A stretch of 64,000 bases of DNA from a virus. The DNA lies in the IMG/VR virus record IMGVR_UViG_3300027749_000046, one strand, 5' to 3'. Every line of letters begins with the position of its first letter. The first letter of the stretch is position 1. A model generated the notes under the pieces. The model was not told the origin of the DNA. It searched no databases and saw only the letters and a program-made list of their open reading frames with translations. Position numbers and translations under genes: made by a program. Positions 7,329-14,902 of this stretch are shown here, piece after piece.

Positions 7329-7405
7329 TTTTTTATCCTTTTTAATTACATGAATTTTTATATATTTATAGATGATCACTACTTTGACTCAAATCTAAGA
7401 CAACA

Positions 7406-7480
7406 GCCCAAGTAGCACAGCGGTAGTGCAACGCACTTGTAATGCGTAGGTCGGGAGTTCAATCCTCTCCTTGGGCACCA
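7406..7480 (+). tRNA. tRNA-Thr(TGT)
   Basis: cloverleaf, CT-TGT-AA, CCA. Confidence 0.95.
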
Positions 7481-7485
7481 TATAT

Positions 7486-7561
7486 GCTGCCATAGCTCAG
7501 TTGGTAGAGCAGTTGATTAGTAATCATCAGGTCGCGAGTTCGACTCTTGCTGGCAGCACCA
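7486..7561 (+). tRNA. tRNA-Thr(AGT)
   Basis: cloverleaf, TT-AGT-AA loop, one U-U in anticodon stem, CCA. Confidence 0.88.
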
Positions 7562-7566
7562 TTAAT

Positions 7567-7644
7567 GAGGCAGTGTGCAGGAATTGGATACTGCGGGGTC
7601 TGCAAAACCTTAAAATGTGGGTTCGAGTCCCATCTGCCTCTCCA
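7567..7644 (+). tRNA. tRNA-Cys(GCA)
   Basis: CT-GCA-AA loop, U73 discriminator, CCA. Confidence 0.92.
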
Positions 7645-7668
7645 ACTAATAACTGTAACAAAAGATTT

Positions 7669-7743
7669 ATCGGTCAGGGAAAGTGGTAATCCGCAGGTCT
7701 CCAAAACCTTGAGAACTCAGTTCGATTCTGAGGACCGGTGCCA
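7669..7743 (+). tRNA. tRNA-Trp(CCA)
   Basis: CT-CCA-AA loop, G73, CCA. Confidence 0.9.
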
Positions 7744-7777
7744 ACTCATATATAGATAGTATGCAACTGGAGTCTCT

Positions 7778-8422
7778 ATGGCAATAATTGGTATATACGT
7801 GCATCACCCGTACTGCTCGGAAGATAGCGCAGTAGGTATATCGTCGGCTATAGGCAGCTCACACTCGTGTACTTACTTCGACGAGACAGACATAACTCCA
7901 GAGTTTCTCAGTCAGTTCGACCTTATAGTTTTTCCAGGAGGTATTGGAGATGCCGATAGGTTCAGCGACGTATTTCACTGGAAAAAAGCAGCTGCTGTAA
8001 ATGAATACGTAAGATCTGGAGGAAAGTATCTTGGAATATGCATGGGTGCTTACTGGGCTGGTTCTCACTATTTTGATATTATCAGTGGCATAGACGCAGT
8101 GCAGTACATCAGACAGCCAGATGCTCTAGTAAAGAGAAGCTATGGTACTGTAGTCAACTGCGAGTGGAATAAAGAAGAAGAGGTCATGTACTTCTACGAT
8201 GGCTGCACTTTTACTGGTAATATGACTGGTATAGAAGTGGTAGGCAGATACGCAGACGTCCACAAGCACCCAATGGCTATTATTCAGGGCAACGTCGGCT
8301 TGATAGGTACTCATCCCGAGGCACAAGACTACTGGTACGACACTTGGTCGTATATGCCTGACTCATATCACGAGGGTGTTCACTATAAGTTACTAAGAGA
8401 GTTCGTCGAGAAACTGCTTTAA
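7778..8422 (+). CDS. class I glutamine amidotransferase-like (BPL_N-type) protein
   Basis: FPGG, YLGICMGAY nucleophile elbow, HPE. Confidence 0.8.
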   Translation: MAIIGIYVHHPYCSEDSAVGISSAIGSSHSCTYFDETDITPEFLSQFDLIVFPGGIGDADRFSDVFHWKKAAAVNEYVRSGGKYLGICMGAYWAGSHYFDIISGIDAVQYIRQPDALVKRSYGTVVNCEWNKEEEVMYFYDGCTFTGNMTGIEVVGRYADVHKHPMAIIQGNVGLIGTHPEAQDYWYDTWSYMPDSYHEGVHYKLLREFVEKLL

Positions 8423-8439
8423 TAAACTAGGAATACACC

Positions 8440-8910
8440 ATGAAGAAGATCGATATAGAAGAGGTAAGAGAGTTCATAGCGGCTCAGACGCCAGAGACTA
8501 AGATCTATATCGGTGGTGACTCAGAAAGATTTAATATAAAGGGTCTGTGGTATGCAGACTACACTCTGGCCATAGTGGTGCACTACAGCGGTAATCGCGG
8601 CTGCAAGATATTCGGTGAGGTCCAGCGCGAGCGTGACTTCGACCAGCAGAAAGACAAGCCTCGGATGCGTCTTATGAATGAGGTCTATAAGATAGCAGAG
8701 CTCTACATGAAGCTCGCGGAAGTACTGGAGGACAGACATGTGGAAGTGCATCTTGATATTAACCCAGATGAGCATTATGGTTCTTCCTGTGTTATTAATG
8801 AGGCTACCGGATATATTCGTGGTATGTGCAATATCGTTCCTTTGGTCAAGCCAAATGCTTTTGCTGCGTCCTATGCTGCGGACAGACTCAAAGAGATCCT
8901 AGCGGCGTGA
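8440..8910 (+). CDS. RNase H-like YkuK/DUF458 family protein
   Basis: IYIGGDSE, RLMNEV, VHLDIN, KP.AFAAS.AAD motifs. Confidence 0.8.
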   Translation: MKKIDIEEVREFIAAQTPETKIYIGGDSERFNIKGLWYADYTLAIVVHYSGNRGCKIFGEVQRERDFDQQKDKPRMRLMNEVYKIAELYMKLAEVLEDRHVEVHLDINPDEHYGSSCVINEATGYIRGMCNIVPLVKPNAFAASYAADRLKEILAA

Positions 8911-8923
8911 TATATAGAGATAT

Positions 8924-8998
8924 GCGGATGTAGCTCAGTGGTAGAGCGCGACCTTGCCAAGGTCGATGTCGAGGGTTCGACCCCCTTCGTCCGCTCCA
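8924..8998 (+). tRNA. tRNA-Gly(GCC)
   Basis: cloverleaf, TT-GCC-AA, TCCA. Confidence 0.95.
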
Positions 8999-9015
8999 TT
9001 TTTTAGGAGGAGCAT

Positions 9016-9330
9016 ATGAGATACTTAATACCACTGCTGCTTATGACCACCGCCGCTGTAGCACAACAGCAGAGCCAGAACCCGTGTGATACCGCTCAGA
9101 AAGTACATGAATTTCTTACTCAGCAGTACGGCGAGAAGCCATTTATAGAGTTCAAAGACTCACAGGGTCGTCAGATGATAATGTATGTTAATCCTACTAC
9201 TGGATCATATACAGTAATAACTACAAATAATATAAGTTCATGCGGTGTATCAGCAGGAAGTTCTTTTGCTCCCGCAGATCAAAATAGATTTAAAGAATCA
9301 GAACCCAAGAAAAAAGAAGTTCCGAGTTAA
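9016..9330 (+). CDS. exported hypothetical protein
   Basis: AGGAGG RBS, signal peptide ending AVA, two Cys. Confidence 0.75.
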   Translation: MRYLIPLLLMTTAAVAQQQSQNPCDTAQKVHEFLTQQYGEKPFIEFKDSQGRQMIMYVNPTTGSYTVITTNNISSCGVSAGSSFAPADQNRFKESEPKKKEVPS

Positions 9331-9333
9331 TAC

Positions 9334-9450
9334 ATGTACAAGATATTCAAGAGACTAGATAGAGTCTTTGATTTCATCATCAAGATACTGTGGTTTGTAC
9401 TCTTGTGCAAGTGGCTTCTTGGTACTGATATTATCAGTCTAATAAAGTAA
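9334..9450 (+). CDS. 38 aa small membrane protein (not in ORF track)
   Basis: MYKIFKRLDRVFDFIIKILWFVLLCKWLLG...; fills the gap before tRNA-Gly. Confidence 0.45.
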   Translation: MYKIFKRLDRVFDFIIKILWFVLLCKWLLGTDIISLIK

Positions 9451-9452
9451 TT

Positions 9453-9527
9453 GCGGGTGTAGCTCAGTGGTAGAGCCTCAGTTTTCCAAACTGATTGTCG
9501 AGGGTTCGATCCCCTTCGCCCGCTCCA
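9453..9527 (+). tRNA. tRNA-Gly(TCC)
   Basis: cloverleaf, TT-TCC-AA, TCCA. Confidence 0.95.
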
Positions 9528-9530
9528 GAA

Positions 9531-9678
9531 TTCGGTAGGCAGTGTAGATTCGCGGCCAAGTAAGCTCTCCACCCGATAGGTGTGTGGCTCTCTTACTTGG
9601 CGTGGTCGGGGAGGTATAAGCCTCATAACCATGGGAACCCGTGCACTGAAAAGAGGATGCATACTCGTTCCTACCGAA
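9531..9678 (+). ncRNA. structured ncRNA candidate 3
   Basis: 9-bp closing stem, nested 7-bp and 10-bp stems and further hairpins; starts 4 nt after tRNA-Gly. Confidence 0.65.
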
Positions 9679-9783
9679 CTTAATTGATACAAGAGGATTA
9701 AGATATATAGATTTACCTGACTTTTATAGAGAGGGGTTTCTAGTAGACTAGAGCTCTCAAGTCAGTTATTATAAATTATCTAG

Positions 9784-9812
9784 TTGACAGCTATTGATCT
9801 ATATGGTATATT
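9784..9812 (+). promoter_or_regulatory. early promoter
   Basis: TTGACA-N17-TATATT with TG extension. Confidence 0.8.
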
Positions 9813-9830
9813 AATACTCTACCATAAAGT

Positions 9831-9907
9831 GCGCGTGTAGTCCAATTGGTAGAGGCGTTGGTCTTAGAAACCAAATGTTGGGGGTTCAAGTCCCTCCATG
9901 CGCACCA
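9831..9907 (+). tRNA. tRNA-Leu(TAG), short variable loop
   Basis: CT-TAG-AA loop, A73, 5-nt variable loop, CCA. Confidence 0.88.
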
Positions 9908-9946
9908 AATTTCGGTCATGATGACCACAACACGGAGAAAGACTAT

Positions 9947-10600
9947 ATGAATAAGATCGTAATTACAGTAGCAGCTATGGCTGCTGCGACTTCAGCTTAT
10001 GCAACCGATCTTCCTAATAAGAAGAAGGCACCGACGCCGCCGGTTCAAACTGTAACTGCAGACGCCACTCAAGCGAGCGCAGACAGCTTGACGATTGCCT
10101 ATGGACAAGATTTTGCTCCAGGTAAGTTCAGCTCAAAGACCGATGAAATGTATCAGCTCACGTACGCGCATAGTCTAGGCAATGGATTTACCGTAGGCGG
10201 CATGGCTCAGACTACACAAGTTCCAGGCTCTGCTTTAAACCAGAACTTAGAAGCACAGGCTGGCTACGCGCTTCCTGCTTTTTCTAAAGTTACACTGTCT
10301 GGTAAAGTTGGCGTAGGCGAGCGGTTTGGCACGTCTAACTTTCCATACTTTGCACTCTATGGCAATGCAGACTATAAGCTGAACGATAAGTTCACCATCA
10401 ACGCCCTGCAGTATACATATACATCTGCATTCAACAGCGGTCGCGATGGTTATCAGAGCCATCAGCTTGGAACTGGCGTTACCTACAACATCAACTCCAA
10501 GTACTCGCTGAGCGCCAGCGTCGCTCGTAACTTTGATACGACGACGAGCTTCAATGCTACCGGCGATCAGGTCATGCTCGGCATGAATATGAACTTCTGA
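9947..10600 (+). CDS. outer-membrane beta-barrel protein
   Basis: signal peptide, ATDLPNKKKAP leader like rhizobial Omp25/RopB AADLP.K.AP, alternating beta strands, terminal Phe. Confidence 0.8.
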   Translation: MNKIVITVAAMAAATSAYATDLPNKKKAPTPPVQTVTADATQASADSLTIAYGQDFAPGKFSSKTDEMYQLTYAHSLGNGFTVGGMAQTTQVPGSALNQNLEAQAGYALPAFSKVTLSGKVGVGERFGTSNFPYFALYGNADYKLNDKFTINALQYTYTSAFNSGRDGYQSHQLGTGVTYNINSKYSLSASVARNFDTTTSFNATGDQVMLGMNMNF

Positions 10601-10607
10601 TTATATT

Positions 10608-10695
10608 GGAGCGTGGGCAGGATGGTAATGCAGCGGTTTGCTAAACCGTACTACCTTAACTGGTAGAATAGGTTCGATTCCTATACGCTCCGCCA
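10608..10695 (+). tRNA. tRNA-Ser(GCT)
   Basis: TT-GCT-AA loop, long variable arm, GCCA. Confidence 0.95.
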
Positions 10696-11111
10696 TGATA
10701 CGACAAGCCAGACCGGAAGATGTTCCAATGCTCTTAGAGATAGAGCGGGACAGCTTCCGGTCTGATCTTTTATCTGAAGAAGAATTTAATGACAGACTAG
10801 AAAGCATATACGTTCTTGAGTTAGATAAAGTAGTTGGATACTTCTGTGTAGAATACCACGATCATCCCTATCTCTATAGCATCGCAATACATAAATACTA
10901 CAGACGAAAGGGATACTCTAAGCTCTTATTTGAATCATTCTTAGATATTAAGAGCCCGGCCCACATCCTGCATGTCGCTACTGATAATGAGGCGGCTATA
11001 GCTCTATACAAAGCTTATGGATTTAAAGTAATGGATACCATTCCAAGCTTTTACGAGGACGGGGGATCTGCATTCTATATGCAGAAAAGAGATGAAGATA
11101 AAGATCAATAA
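10695..11111 (+). CDS. RimI-like GNAT acetyltransferase
   Basis: MIRQA...D...LLEIE, IAIHKYYRRKGYS, LHVATDNEAAIALYKAYGF motifs. Confidence 0.85.
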   Translation: MIRQARPEDVPMLLEIERDSFRSDLLSEEEFNDRLESIYVLELDKVVGYFCVEYHDHPYLYSIAIHKYYRRKGYSKLLFESFLDIKSPAHILHVATDNEAAIALYKAYGFKVMDTIPSFYEDGGSAFYMQKRDEDKDQ

Positions 11112-11778
11112 CTTCTACGGCAGTCAAGATAAGTATGATCTGCAGCTCGTAAAGCTCGCTCTAGATCTAGAAGACTCGTGTGAGAGCGATGCACTCGCTT
11201 GTGGATGGTCGATCTACAATGGAAAGTGGTACCACTCACGTCTAGTTAGAATTAATCTCGCTCTGTACAACAAGACGCCAAAGCTAATTCCGAGTCATAG
11301 AGTAGCCCACGAGCACGACATACGCAAGATAGATGGTCTAACAGACGTCTATGATAAATTCATATCCCATAAGAAGTACCCTATAGTCTATGATCTGCTC
11401 AGCGACGCAGATAGATCTTCTGCCATGGTTATCTATAAGAATGATATTCCCGTTGCTGCCACTAAGTTCATAGAGTACGACTATGGAATAGAGAGTCAGT
11501 TTACTATATGGGACTACGCTGAGCCAAAGCTTTCTTTAGGAAAAAAGATAGTGGACTACGAGGTGCAGTACGCTAGGGACTCTGGTCATGAATATCTCTA
11601 CATAGGTCCGGGGTACGGTGAGAACTCTGCCTACAAAGCCGGATTTCCAGGATTTGAGTGGTGGACTGGTGATAACTGGTCGACTGATAAAGATAAATAC
11701 CTCGAGCAGTGTAGATCAGACGATAGCGTTACAGACCTATGTGATCTGAATAAACTCTATAATGAGGAAGATAGATGA
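11092..11778 (+). CDS. aminoacyl-tRNA-protein transferase (ATE1/Bpt C-terminal domain)-like protein
   Basis: ALACGW; ESQFTIWDY.EPKLSLGK..V.YEV.YA...G.EYLYIG; AYKA.F..FE pattern. Confidence 0.65.
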   Translation: MKIKINNFYGSQDKYDLQLVKLALDLEDSCESDALACGWSIYNGKWYHSRLVRINLALYNKTPKLIPSHRVAHEHDIRKIDGLTDVYDKFISHKKYPIVYDLLSDADRSSAMVIYKNDIPVAATKFIEYDYGIESQFTIWDYAEPKLSLGKKIVDYEVQYARDSGHEYLYIGPGYGENSAYKAGFPGFEWWTGDNWSTDKDKYLEQCRSDDSVTDLCDLNKLYNEEDR

Positions 11779-12299
11779 AGTACGTCAAGATGCATTCGTT
11801 CAGAGAGCACCAGATGCTCAATGATCCTAGGTTTAAGAAAGCCTACGATCGACCAACTAAGATAGACAAGACTTATGACATACCATACGTCGGTGGATAC
11901 TCGAGTGATGGAAAGACAATATACTTTGATCGCCACATGAAAGAGATTTTCAACGGCAAGAGCATCATACCATTTCTCTTGGTACACGAGAGAACAGAGA
12001 AGTCACTCATGAACGTATTTGGTCTGTCCTATCAGCAGGCGCACCACATAGCAACGTACGTCGAGATGCACGCAGTAGAGAAAGCCGGATTAAACTGGAG
12101 AGACTACAGCAAGCACATCGATACTTACGTTAAGTTGGATGCACACGAGCAGCTCAAGAGAGTCCCTAAAGATCTAGATCTCAAGCCCTATAGAGACGAG
12201 AGAGACAACAGGCTCTACTTCACTCTCGCTAAGAAAGAGAAGATCCAGTCAAAGCCAGGGAATGGTAAAGAAGTACCATATCCCGTTGGTAAGAAATAA
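11775..12299 (+). CDS. hypothetical protein with metal-binding-like HExxE / AHHIA motifs
   Basis: GAGG RBS, ATGA coupling. Confidence 0.7.
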   Translation: MKYVKMHSFREHQMLNDPRFKKAYDRPTKIDKTYDIPYVGGYSSDGKTIYFDRHMKEIFNGKSIIPFLLVHERTEKSLMNVFGLSYQQAHHIATYVEMHAVEKAGLNWRDYSKHIDTYVKLDAHEQLKRVPKDLDLKPYRDERDNRLYFTLAKKEKIQSKPGNGKEVPYPVGKK

Positions 12300-12782
12300 A
12301 GAGCCGAGCACTCCAAACATTATAGACACGAATAGAAGCTCCATGCTTACCGCGAGGATAGCAGTAGAGCTCAATACTATCGCGATCTGTAAGAACGCAG
12401 CTGCAAAGTTGAAGTACGGGCTCTTCTTCTTAGCCTCATCTCTTTCAGCTTCTAGTTTTCTTGCCTTATCGTATTGCTCTTGTCTTCCTTCTTCAAGTCT
12501 CTTTATATAACCGCTGTATGTATCTCTTAGTGTCTTATCGGTCGTGGTAGTTAGCTCAAGTTCAAAGATAGTCTGCTTGATAGACTTAGCTTGATAGTAC
12601 GCCCACGTATCAGAAGCCAGTATGTTGTTTGACAATACCTTACCGCTGATGCTTCCGCCAATGAGAGTGCAGATGGCGAGGAGCGCGGCGTATATCGATA
12701 TGGTTATCGCACCTCGGCTCTTCATGACTGCCTCGCCTTCTGAGCGAGACAGTACCTTACCTGTCTTGTCTTTTAGCACCAT
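12249..12782 (-). CDS. DUF4337-like membrane protein
   Basis: SDTWAYYQAKSIKQ and LQIAIVLSS motifs; three TM segments. Confidence 0.75.
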   Translation of the reverse strand: MVLKDKTGKVLSRSEGEAVMKSRGAITISIYAALLAICTLIGGSISGKVLSNNILASDTWAYYQAKSIKQTIFELELTTTTDKTLRDTYSGYIKRLEEGRQEQYDKARKLEAERDEAKKKSPYFNFAAAFLQIAIVLSSTAILAVSMELLFVSIMFGVLGSLFLTNGIWYFFTIPWL

Positions 12783-12783
12783 C

Positions 12784-13380
12784 TTACTTCTTTCCTGCTT
12801 TTAACCACTGAAGATCTTTTTCAATGAGAGCAATCCTCTTGTCTAGTTCTGCTCTGGCCAATGCTGCATTTCTCTCAATGGCATCTACGTGATCGGAAAG
12901 ATCATTTGTTAACTTATTAGCTAGTGCAGCACCATCAGATCTAATGGCTGAGCGAGCTTGAGCAGCATCAGCCATCATTTCCATTCGCTGCTTTTCTAGA
13001 GCTGCAAGCTGTTTCTCTCTTTCAAGCGTCATATTAGCTCTTGCGAGGGCTGCATCTTTTTCCACTTTATCAATTTTTTCTCCCAATTCACTTGCATTCT
13101 TATCTATCTTAGAGTTAAGATTCTCGCGAATTTGGGCCATATCGATAGTAGTACCCTGCGGTGGAATTGCCTTGTTGTCATTGTTAACGACCACTGCGAT
13201 CTTGCTCTCTAGAACTGTTATCGCATGATTAGATGAACTCAATGCCGTGAATAGGTATACCACGCACGAGAAGAGAATAGGAACTGCTGCAAATACGATC
13301 TTCTCTACCAACGCACTCTTACTGGCACTGGCTGCCAGTGTCTCGCTCATCTGAGCTGTCTTATCTGATACTGTAGACAT
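12784..13380 (-). CDS. membrane-anchored coiled-coil protein (lysis-module candidate)
   Basis: one TM then long heptad repeats; AAGGA RBS. Confidence 0.7.
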   Translation of the reverse strand: MSTVSDKTAQMSETLAASASKSALVEKIVFAAVPILFSCVVYLFTALSSSNHAITVLESKIAVVVNNDNKAIPPQGTTIDMAQIRENLNSKIDKNASELGEKIDKVEKDAALARANMTLEREKQLAALEKQRMEMMADAAQARSAIRSDGAALANKLTNDLSDHVDAIERNAALARAELDKRIALIEKDLQWLKAGKK

Positions 13381-13389
13381 GTTGTTTCC

Positions 13390-13884
13390 TTACCTACATA
13401 ATGCTGTCATTAGAGGGATGATACTTCTCATACCGTGACATGCCATAAAATCTACTGCCCCCCATACCAGTAGACCAATCCATATTAGTATTGGTAGGAC
13501 TACGAAGATAGAGAACACAGCCCAGAACAACTCCCAGAATTCTTCTTTTCTCCTCTGAGCTTCTACCTTGAGTCTGTGGATCTCTTTGGCAGCCTCAGCT
13601 CTAGCCCTGTAGAACTCTTGTCTCTGAGCTGGAGACATCCTAGAGATCATCTCCTGCTCTTGCTCGGCCGCGATCTCTCGCATGGCCTGCTCGCGCAGAG
13701 TATTGTTATTGCGAATAATCTGGTTATTTATCTCGGTGATTCTATTCTGAGCTAATACTTTTCTATTATTAGCTTCTTTCTGGGCGGGTGCATTCCTAAC
13801 TACATCGACGATACCAAACACCGCGTCAGTTATTCCCTTACCATACGCGCCGCCGATCTTAGCGGCTGACTTTGGATCTATCAT
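13390..13884 (-). CDS. coiled-coil protein with C-terminal TM
   Basis: GGGG RBS before ATG 13884; late promoter TATAAATA 13960-13967. Confidence 0.7.
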   Translation of the reverse strand: MIDPKSAAKIGGAYGKGITDAVFGIVDVVRNAPAQKEANNRKVLAQNRITEINNQIIRNNNTLREQAMREIAAEQEQEMISRMSPAQRQEFYRARAEAAKEIHRLKVEAQRRKEEFWELFWAVFSIFVVLPILIWIGLLVWGAVDFMACHGMRSIIPLMTALCR

Positions 13885-13966
13885 TTTTATCCCCTGAGAT
13901 TTTATGAAATAATTACAAAAATCACGAGAGACATACAAGAGCCATGGTTCTATTAGTATTATTTAT

Positions 13967-13993
13967 AAAAAAATAGGCCCCGAAGGGCCTATT
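13967..13993 (-). terminator. intrinsic terminator
   Basis: AATAGGCCC-TTCG-GGGCCTATT plus U tract. Confidence 0.9.
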
Positions 13994-14001
13994 CTATTCT
14001 C

Positions 14002-14424
14002 TTAGTTGTTCATGTTCTTTAGCACCAGTCTACAGTAGGCTGATCTTCTTGTACTGCGAATTGATCCAGCGCTATATACTGTAGAAGCATTGCAGACGTC
14101 TCCATCTGCTATCTTTAGAGCCTCACTGAGGTAGAGCATCGTGTACTCAAGATTAGTCTCAGGATCTGATAGCTCTCTGCACTTTCCATTAAAGCCCTCA
14201 CCCTTTGCCGTTGTGCATAGGATTTGTCCGAGTCCGTATTCACCTCTTTTACCAATAACTCTTGGATTATAGTTGGACTCGATCTTTATCACCGCGTGCG
14301 CGAATTTCTCAGGCACGCCATGACTAACCGCTTTTCTCGTGACCATATCTTGAACCGACTCTTGTGCCGATACCGCTATGGTCATCGATAGCAATGCAGC
14401 GGTTGCTATTGCCATTACTCTCAT
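14002..14424 (-). CDS. secreted lytic transglycosylase (SLT domain)
   Basis: signal peptide; AVIKIESNYNP (catalytic ES), GLGQI, YSAG. Confidence 0.85.
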   Translation of the reverse strand: MRVMAIATAALLSMTIAVSAQESVQDMVTRKAVSHGVPEKFAHAVIKIESNYNPRVIGKRGEYGLGQILCTTAKGEGFNGKCRELSDPETNLEYTMLYLSEALKIADGDVCNASTVYSAGSIRSTRRSAYCRLVLKNMNN

Positions 14425-14518
14425 TTCTACTCCTTAGGGTTGGGATATTGATTCTTTCAATATCTTACTTCGCGCCAAAGGATACAGCGCGAATGACTAT
14501 TTATGATGATGGGAAATA

Positions 14519-14902
14519 TTATAGAGGCTCTTCGGCCGCTTCTATAATTGGCTCTTCGTCCTCGAGGACGCGTAGGTTGTCGATCATGAAGTATTGTATA
14601 TCACTATCGACTTTATCTTCGGGCTTTAGTATCTCCCGAATCTTGGTCAGCTGCGTAATGGCAGTCTTGATGGTATTCTGTACTACCTTGTCGTTGTGTC
14701 CCATCTCTAGGTCGGTCAGAGCCGACTCTAGATTCCAATCGAGCGAGTAGTCTATGTGATACTTATTTCCGGCCTCGTCTGTTTTTTTAGTTGGAGGAGG
14801 AAACAGTATATTCTTTACGGACTCTAACTTCTGGTATTCTGATGATCTATTCTTCTTAGACTTAAAAGCCATAATCTTAAACATAATATAATTCCTAATC
14901 AC
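14519..14902 (-). CDS. hypothetical protein
   Basis: ORF coupled to regA stop. Confidence 0.65.
   Translation of the reverse strand: MIRNYIMFKIMAFKSKKNRSSEYQKLESVKNILFPPPTKKTDEAGNKYHIDYSLDWNLESALTDLEMGHNDKVVQNTIKTAITQLTKIREILKPEDKVDSDIQYFMIDNLRVLEDEEPIIEAAEEPL

Noticed and set aside
6780-9678. tRNA-adjacent RNAs as HDV-like (theta), hammerhead or pistol ribozymes, or tmRNA
   Set aside because: Could not find P3/L3 and P1.1, CUGANGA/GAAA cores, or a tag frame with a tRNA-Ala-like end; kept as unclassified ncRNAs
9717-9765. Imperfect hairpin CTGACTT...AAGTCAG before the 9784 promoter
   Set aside because: Bulged and without clear features; could be a terminator but evidence is too weak
7669-9907. 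Suppressor tRNA or stop-codon recoding
   Set aside because: Anticodons are CCA (Trp) and TAG (Leu, reads CUA); core genes are intact in the standard code and use all three stops
4450-10807. ORFs overlapping tRNAs (4450..4767, 7459..7704, 7471..7689, 7547..7759, 9327..9692, 10601..10807)
   Set aside because: They are translations of tRNA/ncRNA sequence
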